Assembly (NCBI RefSeq): GCF_006345805.1
Contig: NC_043010.1
Coordinates: 50,654,001 to 50,718,000, forward strand
Length of the DNA stretch: 64,000 bases
Source: Octopus sinensis
Lineage: Eukaryota
Direction of reading: 5' to 3'
Shown: positions 26,005 through 37,932 of the stretch, piece by piece
Position numbering within the stretch: the first letter of the stretch is position 1
Layout: every line of letters starts with the position of its first letter
The notes under the pieces: model-generated
What the model was told of the DNA's origin: nothing
The model's database searches: none
Seen by the model: the letters and a program-made list of their open reading frames with translations, nothing else
Made by a program: the position numbers and the translations under genes

Positions 26005-26037
<33 letters not shown>

Positions 26038-26091
26038 GTATATGTGTGTATATATATATATATATGTATATGTGTGTTATATATATATATA

Positions 26092-26122
<31 letters not shown>

Positions 26123-26149
26123 GTATATGTGTGTATATATATATATATA

Positions 26150-26182
<33 letters not shown>

Positions 26183-26515
26183 GTATATGTGTGTATATAT
26201 ATATGTATATATGTGTGTATATATATGTATATATGTGTGTATATATATGTATATATGTGTGTATATATGTATATATCTGTGTATATATGTGTGTATATAT
26301 GTATATATCTGTGTATATATTTGTGTATATATGTATATATGTGTGTATATATGTGTGTATATATGTATGTGTGTGTATATGTATATATGTGTGTGTATAT
26401 ATGTGTGTGTATATGTATATATGTGTGTGTATATATATGTGTGTGTGTATATATGTGTGTATATGTATATATGTGTGTGTGTATATATGTGTGTATATGT
26501 ATATATGTGTGTGTG

Positions 26516-26598
<83 letters not shown>

Positions 26599-26692
26599 GT
26601 GTGTGTGTGTGTATCTGTATATATGTATGTGCATATATGTATGTGTGTATATATATATATGTATATATATATATGTGTGTGTGTGTGTGTAT
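21410..26692. repeat. 5.3-kb compound (TA)n/(TG)n microsatellite
   Basis: Almost unbroken alternating purine-pyrimidine sequence; ends ~45 bp before the ZNF splice acceptor. Confidence 0.98.
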
Positions 26693-26779
26693 TATGTCGG
26701 TATATTTGAAAACTTGTTTTATTTATTTATTTTTTTTAGCTGAACGCTCCATCTGAAAAGCAACTCAACATCTTCAACA

Positions 26780-27832
26780 ATGTTTTCTTGTGAAATAGCC
26801 AAGAAGAAAAAGGTGGAAACCACGAGGAAGAATTACCAGTGTAAAATCTGCAACAAATCTTTTAAATGCACTGCCAAACTTATCATACACGAACGGATAC
26901 ACACGGGGGAAAGACCTTTTCACTGTGATATTTGTGGTAAGAAATTTATCACAAAATATTATCTGAAGGACCATGTTCGAACTCACACGGGCGAAAAGCC
27001 ATTTGTATGTATGTACTGTGGTAAGTCATTTGCAGTGAAGAGCAACCTAACGAAGCATAATCTCACACACACGGGAGAGAAACCTTACCATTGTGAAATA
27101 TGTGGCAAAAGTTATACATGTAGTAATCATATAGTTGAACATAAACGTACCCACACGGGGGAGAAACCTTACAGTTGTGAATATTGTGGTAAGAAATTTT
27201 CTCAAAACTGTAATTTGAATATACATAAGCGAACTCACACGGGCGAAAGACCTTATCATTGTGAGTACTGTGGTAAGAATTTTGTTCAGCAAAAGGATTT
27301 AACTGGACACAGGTACACGCATACGGGAGAAAAACCTTTTAGTTGTATCTACTGCGGCACGGCGTTTGCGGACAGAAGCTGCTTGAAAAAGCACATACGT
27401 ATTCATACAGGAGAAAGGCTCTACCACTGCGAAGTTTGCGGGAAAAGCTTCATGATAAAATATGCATTGAAAGTTCACAAAAGAATACATTCTGGAGAGA
27501 AACCCTTCTCTTGTGAAGAATGTAGTAAGACATTTTCACGTAAGGACCAACTGATAGCACACAAGATTTTGCATACGGGGAAAAAGCCTTTCTGTTGCGA
27601 TTTTTGTGGCAAGACTTTCACATATCATAGCTCTTTGATCAAACACAGGCACACACATTCAGGCGAAAAACCATTCCACTGCGAATATTGTGGCAAGGCT
27701 TTTATGACCAACTGCACGTTGAAACAGCACAAACGAACACACACGGGGGAAAAACCCTATCAGTGTAAACACTGCACAATGGTATTTGCGCATAACAGTG
27801 CATTAAGCAGACATAAACAAATTCATCGATGA
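26780..27832 (+). CDS. C2H2 zinc-finger protein, 350 aa, 12 tandem fingers, no KRAB or other effector domain
   Basis: Twelve CX2CX12HX3H units with TGEKP-type linkers; acceptor tttttttag at 26731-26739; in-frame TGA at 26741 makes 26780 the first ATG. Confidence 0.95.
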   Translation: MFSCEIAKKKKVETTRKNYQCKICNKSFKCTAKLIIHERIHTGERPFHCDICGKKFITKYYLKDHVRTHTGEKPFVCMYCGKSFAVKSNLTKHNLTHTGEKPYHCEICGKSYTCSNHIVEHKRTHTGEKPYSCEYCGKKFSQNCNLNIHKRTHTGERPYHCEYCGKNFVQQKDLTGHRYTHTGEKPFSCIYCGTAFADRSCLKKHIRIHTGERLYHCEVCGKSFMIKYALKVHKRIHSGEKPFSCEECSKTFSRKDQLIAHKILHTGKKPFCCDFCGKTFTYHSSLIKHRHTHSGEKPFHCEYCGKAFMTNCTLKQHKRTHTGEKPYQCKHCTMVFAHNSALSRHKQIHR

Positions 27833-28035
27833 ATACATTCAAAACAAAATTCTGATGTAAGATAACTGAGCTTTTTCTGGTGTGACAGTGGATGGAGATT
27901 TATTTTGATCAATGGCTCTCAACTCTTGGTTGGTGTAGAATGTGAGAGATTGGAAAAACAAGTGCACTTTTTTGCTTTCTTGTCCTAGAAGCTTCTCTAA
28001 TGTTCAGGTTTTTACTTATAAAGCTTAGAAAAACA

Positions 28036-28440
28036 GGATCTTTTCGGTTTGACTGGCAGTTTTTTCTAGCGGTGTCATATGAAATTGTCACCCAATAATT
28101 ATGACCCTAGTATCGATCTATTGCATTTCAATCTGTTTTAGGGTTAGGGGAAGGGTATCTTTTTTTCTTCACAAATGTAAATAAACCCAATCTGTTTCTT
28201 AAACGAGGGACATATTCATACGGCACAGAATGTTTTCACCTCAATAGACGTCATTGATTGGTTGAAATTGCAGAAATTGAAGAAAAAAAACAACAAATAT
28301 CTTACAAACTATAGAATTTTCTCAATAAAGCCAAGAGAAAAAGATGTTTTATAAACACATTCTACCAGTATATGAAGTTTAAAAGTGTTTAGTTATTTGG
28401 AAATTATTTTAAAAAACTGCCGGTCAAACCAAAAAGATCC
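28036..28440 (+). mobile_element. GGATC-TIR MITE, full length, 8-bp TSD
   Basis: TSD gaaaaaca at 28028-28035 and 28441-28448. Confidence 0.92.
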
Positions 28441-28924
28441 GAAAAACAAGCTAATGGCAGATGGGTTGTTGTTTAGTGGGTGTAAAAACTAGATTTTATA
28501 TGTACCTGAAACCACCTGCAGCTGATAAAGAATTACAGTTTCTCATACATAATACAGTACCAGGCCAATTATTGGGAAAAATTGAGACTGGAAGTTTCTT
28601 GAATTTCTGGATTTTCTGGAGACAAGTCTAAATATATGCTTCAAATATAAAGTAAGCTATGCTAAGTAAAGAGCTAAATTGTATTTAACAGATTCAAATT
28701 AATACACCTGTAAAGTAGGGTTTGTTTGATATTTATTAATCCACTTAAAATCATTAAAATAATATTGTACTGTACCATGTATGCAATATTTTGTTAAGAT
28801 ACAGGTTCAAATTAATACAAGTCTAATGCTGAACATGTTTGATTCTTATCAAATCACTTAAAAACAAAGAACGAAATGATTTTTAACTCACCATATGCAA
28901 ATTAACCAACTTCAGAAACAGGGT

Positions 28925-29340
28925 TAAAGCAGCAAGCTGGCAGAAATGTTAGCATGCCGGGCAAAACGCTTAGTGCTATTTCGTCTGCCGCTACATTCTG
29001 AGTTCAAATTCTGCTGAGGTCGACTTTGCCTTTCATCCTTTCGGGGTCAATTAAATAAGTACTAGTTACGCACTGGGGTTGATATAATTGACTTAATCTG
29101 TTTGTCCCTTCTGTGTTTAGCCCCTTTTGGCTAGTAAAGAAATAAGAAACGTTAGCACGCCAGGTGCGCTACGTTCTGAGTTCAAATTCTGCCAAGGTCA
29201 ACTTTGCCTTTCATCCTTTCGGGATTGATTAAATAAGTACCAGTTACGCACTGGGGTCGATATAATCAACTTAATCATTTTGTCTGTCCTTGTTTTTCTC
29301 CTCTATGTTTAGCCCCTTGTAGGCAATAAAGAAATAAGAA
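28925..29340 (+). mobile_element. SINE family B, tandem dimer
   Basis: Two head-to-tail cores; the second restarts internally. Confidence 0.85.
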
Positions 29341-29489
29341 ACGGTTTGTTTACTCAATACAGAGTACAGCGTATTGCACAATATTCCTGAATTTCCGAAA
29401 ATTCTTGATTTCTAGAAGCCTGTTAAGAGGTCAGGTACTGTTTATATGTGTATAAATGTATCTCTATATGTATACACACATGCACACCG

Positions 29490-30560
29490 AGATTATGGTT
29501 TGGGTATTATCCATGGGTGTGATGGTCACACCCTTGATAAATTTAGGAAACGACTTATTTCTACCTTTAGCCAATTAGGCCTTAAAATTACAGTAGCTAC
29601 TAATCTGTCTGTGGTTGATTTTTTTTCTAGATGTTTCCCTAGACCTGAACTCTTCTTCATATAAACCTTTCCATAAACCTTATGAGAAACTTGTCCTATA
29701 TACATAAAAAGTCTTGTCACCCCACTGTAATTTTTAAAAACCCCATTTCTGTAATAATGCCCCAGCCGACAGTTGATTCAAAGATAAATTAATATATAAC
29801 CCCTCTAATATTAATCAGGATAATAATAGACTTCAAAATAAGCCAAGAAAAATTATTTGGTTTGTCCCTCCCTTTTCCCTTAATGTAAAAACTAACATAG
29901 GTAAAAAGATTTCTGTCTCTCCTAGACAAACACTTTCCAACCACTCACAGATACAGGGAAATATTTAATAGGCATTCTGTGAAATTATCATATAGCTGGT
30001 GCTTTAATATGAAGAGTATCATTACACGTGGTCAATACCAAGAGCCTATATCCAGTTATAACTGTCGGGATCAAGGATCCTGTCCACTTGGCCAATGATG
30101 AATGATTATATCTATCATATATGAGGCAGAAGATACTGCAATCCTAAATAATAATACAACGGATATGAAGACCTATATTGGATTATGTGAAGGAGAATTT
30201 AAAAATTGCTATGCCTATCACATAGCCTCCTTCCAACATTATGTCAATATTGGATTATGTGAAGGAGAATTTAAAAATTGCTATGCCTATCACATAGCCT
30301 CCTTCCAACATTATGTCAAAAGCAAAGCTACTAAGTTGGCTAGCTACATATGGAGTTTGAAAGATAATGAAACACCACATGTGATTAAGTGGAAAATAAT
30401 TGAGAAATCCATACCTTATGTTAATGGATTGAATAAGTGTAAGTTATGTTTAGCTGAAAGACCTCATCCTTTTCAGACCTAATTTGCTACTGATCTCTAG
30501 GTCTAAAATTTTCAGTGGTTGTAAACATATGTTGAAGTACATACTGGAGAATTCTGCCTA
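29490..30560 (+). mobile_element. Penelope-like element (probably Naiad clade) 3' half: RT end, linker and GIY-YIG endonuclease, pseudogenised
   Basis: LDKFRKRLISTFSQLGLKITVATNLSVVDF; KIIWFVPPFSLNVKTNIGK...DKHFP...IFNRHSVKLSYS; YIGLCEGEFK..Y..H..SF...ATKLASYIWSLKD...IKWKII...PY...KCKLCLAE; frameshifts and a 72-bp internal duplication. Confidence 0.85.
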
Positions 30561-30721
30561 TACCTGGTTAACTAGAGATGTCTAGCCTTGTAATTTAAGG
30601 TCTAAGGAGGGTACCTCTTACCTTATTTACTTTTTCATTTTCCGTCTTTTTAACCTTCCACTTTTTCTATATGCTTCCTTCTCAACTGTTAATGTTTCTT
30701 CTCTGATTCAATTTTTAGCTC

Positions 30722-30812
30722 CTTACAATATGTAGTTTGTGCCTGATAAATATGTTTGAGGCATTTCTCAACATATGAAACTATTAGTAGCTCATAATAA
30801 CCTGTATTGTGT
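30722..30812 (+). ncRNA. Type I hammerhead-ribozyme-like motif in the PLE 3' region (degenerate)
   Basis: CTGATAA at 30743-30749, stem II atatgtttgag/ctcaacatat, GAAAC at 30777-30781, stem III CTA-TTAG-TAG, partial stem I. Confidence 0.6.
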
Positions 30813-32057
30813 CTATTAAATAATATTTATCTTTCACCAGATAGACTACGTTTTTATTTGTTGATCTTATTATCCTGGAACAGTACATTTTATATATATA
30901 TATATTAGGTATGGTTATGAAGCAGTGTGGTTAAATTTTCTTCCAACCATGTGGTCTAGGGTTCAGTCCCTCTATTATAGCACTGAGCTGACCAAATCCT
31001 TGTGAATTGATTTAGACTGAAACTAAAAGAAGCCTATTGCATGCACGCACGTTTGTGTTTAGATCTCCTTGTCTTGCTTGACATTACATGATAGTTGTAA
31101 ATGAGGAGATTGGGAGGACACCTTCCAATCTTCTGCGGAGACATGTCTGGCTATGGGGAAATATTATCTTGGAAATGGATGAGATTCGGTGACAGGAAGG
31201 GCATCTGGCTGTAGAAAATCTCAACAAACTCTCTGATCAATGCAAGCATAGAAAGTGGATGTTAAAATGGTTATGTGTATGTGTGTGTATATGTGTATGT
31301 AATATGTATGATACACACACACAGCAAGCTTTCACTTTCCATCTGCCAAATGTACTAAAATGACTTTGGTCAGCCCAAGTCTGTAGCAGAAGATATTAGC
31401 CAAGTTGCAATACAGTGGGACTGAACCCAGATCCATATGGTTGCGAAATGAACTTCTTCACCACACAGCTGTCTATATGATATTTATGATGATTACATAT
31501 ATACAGGCCAAAGGCTTTTTAACGTGTTAGTCCCTGCTGCATATACAAAATCACAATTTCTAATACACTCAGTGTGTCTAATTTATCTATAATTTATTCG
31601 TTCAAATAAGGTAGTCAAATTATATTTGCACAAATTAAAAACCTTATTTATCCTTGAATTTAATTATTATTTAAAAACAAAACAAAACATAATATTCCTA
31701 AATCTAGTCTTCATTCAACTCTTTAAATGCATAGAATCAGAAGAAAAGACCAAATCAACAACAGCCTGTATTCAGTGGCTTCGTTTAATTTACAAACTCA
31801 AAAAGCATCGAGTCCACACTGTAAAGTGGTTGGCATTTGGAAAGGCATCCATCTGTATAAAGTAGTTACTATTAAAAAAGGCATCTAGCCTCTAAAATCT
31901 GTACCAAAACAGACCTTGCCAGTGCTGGTGCCACGTAACATGCACTCAGTCCATTCTGTAAGGTGGTTGGCATTAGGAAGGGCATCCAGCTGTAAAAACC
32001 ATGCCAAAACAGACAGTGAAACCTGGTGCACTCTACTGGCTTGCCAGCTTCTGTTAA

Positions 32058-32277
32058 TCCTTTCGTTACCAACCCGGCTGAAACTGGCTCTGGATCTGAG
32101 TACAAATGTCTTGTTTTCATAAGTTTTGAATTAAAATCTTCCACCAAACCTTAGTCACAATTTATGTTCCTGACATTGGCTGAATGATAACTAAGTTATT
32201 TTACTAAATTCTTTGTTATATTTAAAGTAATTGAAAGAAACACAGAGCATCTCAAAATACATACAGTAACGAAAGGG
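32058..32277. mobile_element. piggyBac-like MITE, 220 bp
   Basis: TTAA|tcctttcgttac ... gtaacgaaaggg|TTAA; splits a common repeat tail. Confidence 0.85.
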
Positions 32278-33079
32278 TTAAACCATCCAACCCATGCCAG
32301 CATGGAAAATGGACATTAAATGATGATGACATCAACCTAAACCTTGGAGAGTCACTTGATTTTTTTCCCCCCACTGTTTTACTCATCTGTTTTACAGTTC
32401 AGAAGCTAGTCTGCAAGATAGTGACTTGATACAACATCATTGTGTGAACAGAAGTGACCACCACAGGTTTTTCTAGTCTCCAGACGCTAAGTAATCACAA
32501 GTTCCTTCTGCATGTCATAGTGTAATGATAATGTAATTATAATTATACAGTAGGTCAGTCTTCCTTAAATGCATGTTCCTATAATTTTGTTATACTATGT
32601 CTGATTGTGAATTTCTCTGTATGTCGGAGAGATCCTGTTCCACCTTGGTCAGTTTCGAAATACAATAAAAGCAATTTCTTGTGATACGTTATTCTTTTAT
32701 TTATTTTGTTTGTTTCAGTCATTGGATGGCTGCCTTGAAGAGTTTAATCAAACAAATTGACCCCAGTACTTGTTTTTAAGTCTGATGCTTGTTCTGGCCA
32801 TCTCTGTGGTTGAAATATTATGTTACTATGACATAAACCAAACCACACTGCTACTCTGCATTGATAAGGGGCAAATACCCTGAAATATGTGACCACCACA
32901 GTACCCTGACCCGCAAGGGGAAGCGGTTGACCTCCTCTGTTCGAAGGGTTATAATGGACACAGGTTCATGTGTCATATAGCTAGCTAGAGGCGATGGCCT
33001 CTTGGAGCTAATCAACGGCAGTTTTCATCCTGTATTTATAGACTTCCATATTAGCTTGGCAATAACTATTTATATATAT

Positions 33080-33295
33080 CATTGCTTTTCAAACTTTTTG
33101 CTGGAGCGGAACCCCAAGGAAACATTCCACTGGCTCGAGGAACCCCTGTGCAATAATTTAATATTCTTATGCACACATATCTGCACAGGAGAATTAAAAA
33201 TTACTGTCGGTTTTAGCATTTTTGTAACTTCTTGCGGAACCCCTGGACTGTACTGGAAGAACCCTAAGGTTCCACGGAAACCTGGTTGAAAACCA

Positions 33296-33298
<3 letters not shown>
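33080..33298. mobile_element. hAT-like MITE, 219 bp
   Basis: cattgcttttcaaac ... gttgaaaaccactg; flanked by atatatat on both sides (possible 8-bp TSD). Confidence 0.75.
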
Positions 33299-33330
<32 letters not shown>

Positions 33331-33579
33331 GTATATATGATGGACTTCTTTCAGTTTCTGTTTACCAAATCCATTCACAAGGCTTTGGCCGGCCCGAGGC
33401 TGTAGTAGAAGACACTTGCCCAAGGTGCCACACAGTGAGACTGAACCCGGAAGCATGAAACCTATATAGCTCATACATGTACCCTGAATGTAGTTTTACA
33501 AGAATTTTTGATAACTTTTTATACATCATCAGAAAGGTAAGATATCAGTGTCCACCTACGATGACATGTTTTGATTAAA

Positions 33580-33700
33580 ATGGGAAGTTGTGGAAGAGGG
33601 AAACCCAGGAAGACATGGGACGAAGTATTGAAGACTGATCACAAAGCGCTGAGCCTTACAAAGGAGATGAGAGAGGATCAAGATGTGTGGCACATTGCTC
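33580..33700 (+). mobile_element. RTE-type LINE C-terminal fragment
   Basis: GSCGRGKPRKTWDEVLKTD...EDQDVW resembles the RTE GRPRKTW motif. Confidence 0.65.
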
Positions 33701-34020
33701 TTACTTACTTGTACTTGTGGGGACATTCACCCTGGGCGGGTTGAGTCGGCTTCTTCTACCACCCTCGAGGCATCTCAAACCATGGCAGCCCACGCACGAC
33801 GGTCCTGCGCCAGTTCACTGGAGATAGTGAGCCAGTCACGGTTCCATTGGCGCAGGTCGACCACCTGCGGTCTCGTGAGCACGGAGAGATCCTCCTTGAT
33901 CGTCGTAGCCCAGGTCTTCAGCTGCCCGCCCGCACGTTTCTGCCAGTTGGGAGAAGGACATCACGGCTCAGTTCATCCACCGGACGCCTACATGCATGGC
34001 CAAACCATGAATTCTCAATG
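33701..34020 (-). mobile_element. RTE-type LINE 3' end with (TAAG)-like tail
   Basis: WFGHACRRP...WQKRAGGQLKTWATTIKEDL...LAQDRRAWAAMV; ends caagtacaagtaagtaag. Confidence 0.75.
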
Positions 34021-35084
34021 GCACATTGCTCTACTCAAGACTTGCCCATCACAACAGAATTGGCATCTTAAAACCAAGGTTCCACATAAACAGCATTGGT
34101 GTCGGTACTGGTGCCATGTAAAAAGCACTGGTGAGGGTACCATGTAAAAAGTACTCAGTACCCTTTGTAACGTGGTTGGTGTTAGGAAGGGCATCCAGCT
34201 GTGGAAATCAAACCAAAACAGACTATGGAGCTTGGTGCGGTCCCTAGCTTTGTCAGCTCCTGTCAAGCTGCCCAACTCATGCCAGCATGGAAAACAGATG
34301 TTAAATGTTGATGATGATGATACTACAGTATACGTATGCCATTCGTATTTCATTTTTTTAGTATACAGGTCTTAAGTTTTGAGTAAGGTACAAAAACAAA
34401 GCATTGAACATGATTACAGGTAAGTAGAATGAAAACTGAGAAAAAGTCAGCATTTTAATTTTAAAGTAACGAACAACTAATGGTGGTAGCCATGTTACAC
34501 TCAGAGCTGGAGGTGAAATTCAGATCTCATATTAAAATAATATTTTGTGCTTACTGTACAAAAACCAAAACAAAACACAATCACAGCTTAAAACTCACAG
34601 GTCATAACAACACACAATAGCTTTAAAAATTACATGGGTATATATTAAATTGTAAAAATAATGGAAAATGGAGATGTATGAGAGTATTAATTCCAGTATG
34701 GAAAACATGCATACGTGCTTGTATTAATATGTATGATCAACTATATTCAATAAAATTGTATATTCACAGATTAGTACAAATAAAGAAAGCTAGCTCATCA
34801 GATCACCAGATTCTCTGAATCCGCTTCTTATAGCATTCATTTATATGTACATATCTATATCTCTCTATTTGTCTGTCTGTCTGTCTATCTATATGGGGTA
34901 GGTGTAACTCTGTCATTGTCTTGAAATCATGTGAAAATTGTAAATGAGCATCACATATGTAGAAGTGGTGTCCTTCATTTCTGATCTTCAGCAAAAGCTT
35001 GTCCATCTATGAGGATTTGGAAACAGGTGAGGTTTGGCAACAGCAAAGGCATCCACCTGTCAAAAATGTATAATCTTTTAATCT

Positions 35085-36173
35085 TTTTACTTTTTACAAT
35101 CATTGGACTATGACCATGACGGAGCACCACCCTGAAGTAGTCTAGTCAAGTGAATTGACCTTAGTACTTACTTTTTTATTCTCCTTTGCTGAACTGCTAA
35201 GTTATTGGGACATAAATACACCAACACTAGTTGTCAAGCATTGGTGGGGGACAAACACAGACACAAAGACACTCTTTTACTTGTTTCAGTCATTTGACTG
35301 TAGCCATGCTGGAGCACCACCTTTAGTCAAGCAAATCAATCCCAGGACTTATTGTTTGTAAGCCCAATACTTATTCTATCGGTCTCTTTTGCTGAACCAC
35401 TACGTTACAGGGACGTAAACACATCAGCATCGGTTGTCAAGCGATGTTGGAGGACAAACACAGATGCACAAACAAATACACACACACGCACATACATGTA
35501 TATATATACATATATACAATGGGCTTCTTTCAGTTTCCGGCTACCAAATCCACTCACAAGGCTTTGGTCGGTCTGAGGCTATAGTAGAAGACACTTGCCC
35601 AAGGTGCCATGCAGTGGGAATGAACCCAGAACTATGTGGTTGGTAAGCAAGCTACTTACCAAGCAGCCACTCCCATGCCTATTCCCATAAATATTTATTT
35701 CAGTTTCCATCTACTAAATTTTGTTGGCCCGAGGCTATAGTGGCCCAAAGGTGTCATGTAGTGGGACTGAACCCGGAACCATGTGGTTGGGAAACAAGCC
35801 ACTTATCACACAATCCTGCCTATGCCTATGTATCTCAGCAAATTCCATCCAACCCATGCAAGCGTGGAAAAGTGGACGTTAAAACAATGACGATGTTGAC
35901 ATTTATTTTGTGAGTGGATTTGACAGACGGAAACCGAAAGGAGTCCATCGTATATATGTATATATATAGATGTATGTGTGTCCGTGTTTGTCTCCTCAAC
36001 ATCGCTTGACAACAGATGCTGGTGTGTTTACGTCCCCGTAACTTAGCGGTTTGGCAAAAAAGACCGATAGAATAAGTACTAGGCTTACAAAGAATAAGTC
36101 CTGGGGTCAATGTGCTCGACTAAAGGCGGTGCTCCAGCATGGCCACAGTCACATGACTAAAACAAGTAAAAGA
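35085..36173. mobile_element. Cluster of nested or adjacent SINE A pieces in both orientations
   Basis: Repeated matches to the family A body and tail. Confidence 0.8.
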
Positions 36174-36348
36174 ATCTGGCGCTGTTCAGAAAATCTTAGG
36201 AGAACGAACTAAATCTTGCAACTACAAAGCTTGTAAGATCGTTGTATAGTCAACTAGTAAACGTGAACGACACTATTTCATGATAGATGTATAAATACGT
36301 AATAAAATAACAGAAGATAACAATATCTACACATCCAAAAGAATTGTG

Positions 36349-36421
36349 CGCCCGCAGAGGGACTCGAACCCGCGACCCTCAGATTAAAAGTCTGATGCTC
36401 TACCGACTGAGCTATGCGGGC
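36349..36421 (-). tRNA. tRNA-Lys(UUU): tRNA-Lys (anticodon UUU)
   Basis: GCCCGCATAGCTCAGTCGGTAGAGCATCAGACTTTTAATCTGAGGGTCGCGGGTTCGAGTCCCTCTGCGGGCG; 73 nt, perfect acceptor and anticodon stems, TTTT terminator 8 nt downstream; one C:U mismatch in the T-stem. Confidence 0.93.
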
Positions 36422-36719
36422 GGACTCGAAAAGTGATTTGAATAATAATAATTTTAATCGAGTGTATGGGCATATTTTCAACATATTGCGAAAATAATGA
36501 TTTTTATAATTTATCTTACAATATTGTCGCATATTTTATATATTATATTATGTAATCGTTTACACTGTACAGTTTACACCGGTTTATGAAAATGAATAAA
36601 TACGAAACTGTTAAGATAGTATGTGTCAGCAAACACTAAAAACAGAATGGTTATAAAAATGAAATAATCTATTCATTGTCTGTTCTTTTTTTTTCTATCT
36701 CTCTCATACACACGAAAAC

Positions 36720-36750
<31 letters not shown>

Positions 36751-37122
36751 AGATAGATAGATATAGCCAGCCGTTTACCGGACGAGACCAGAAACACTGG
36801 AAACTAGTATTTGTGGACTTCACAGCTGAACAAAAGTTGTCAGCCGTATTTTTATTACATATTTGTTATAATCATATATTACTGAATTATTTGCTTTATA
36901 TAACGTGTATATTCATTATACACGCTTCATGTCACATGTTCATTCGTCCAGCCTTTTGTTACCATATTTCTGTTGAAAATGCACTACCGTTAATTAATTT
37001 TTAAAATACCGAGGAGTTTCGTGAGATAACTTTGTCCTGGTAATTTCTTTCCTATTTGATGTTCGTAAAATCATAGGGATCCAAAAAGTTTATTTCAGTT
37101 AAACATTTCGGGTACTACTTAA

Positions 37123-37759
37123 AAAGTGCGGTCCCGGTGCACGCACTCGCGCATCCGCGCTAGCTAGTCGTGACTAGTCGATCCTTTGTGTTTTATTTAC
37201 TTTACTCTTTTACTTGTTTCAGTCATTTGACTGCGGCCATGCTGGAGCACCGCCTTTAGTCGAGCAAATCGACCCCGGAACTTATTCTTTGTAAGCCCAA
37301 TACTTATTCTAACGGTCTCTTTTGCCGAACCGCTAAGTGACGGGGACGTAAACACACCAGCATCGGTTGTCAAGCTATGCTAGGGGGACAAACACAGACA
37401 CACAAACACACACATACACATATATATATACATATATACGACAGGCTTCTTTCAGTTTCTGTCTACCAAATCCACTCACAAGGCATTGGTCGGCCCGGGG
37501 CTATAGCAGAAGACACTTGCCCAAGATGCCGCGCAGTGGGACTGAACTCGGAACCATATGGTTGGTTAGCAAACTACTTACCACACAGCCACTCCTGCGC
37601 CTTTGTTTTAAATAAATTATTTACTTTGTGTAAAAAAATTATTGGAGGTTCGCCATGTGTTTTATTTACTTTGCTAGGTAGTCTTTGTAGGATCGACTAG
37701 TCACGACTAGCTAGCGCGGATACATGAGTACGCGAGTGCGCGCACCGGGACCACTCTTC
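37123..37759. mobile_element. TTAA-flanked MITE with ~65-bp TIRs (Kolobok-like), interrupted by a SINE A
   Basis: TTAA|aaagtgcggtcccggtgc...ctagtcgtgactagtcgatcct versus aggatcgactagtcacgactag...gcaccgggaccactcttc|TTAA. Confidence 0.7.
37203..37601 (-). mobile_element. SINE family A, full length
   Basis: High similarity to the other family A copies. Confidence 0.9.
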
Positions 37760-37932
37760 TTAATTAGAACCACATTTCGTAATTATAAATGATACACACT
37801 TCGAACAGTGAGTAAAAAGGTTTGGAAAATGTTAGTTTTACTTTGAATAGAGTTTCACCCTGGGCACATGTGAGAATTCTTGGAAAGAATTGATTATCTA
37901 CAGATCTAAGTATTTCGTTGGGGTTCAAGTCA

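Noticed and set aside
21410-26756. Dozens of long ORFs rich in Y/I/C/V/M or H/T/Y/I
   Set aside because: Artefacts of stop-free (TA/TG)n microsatellite; the same applies to similar ORFs at 2.8-3.3, 40-41, 58.8-59.3 and 60 kb
28140-28150. TTAGGG telomeric motif
   Set aside because: Single copy inside the MITE consensus; not an array
33683-34147. 154-aa plus-strand ORF
   Set aside because: Antisense shadow of a minus-strand RTE 3' end plus a repeat tail
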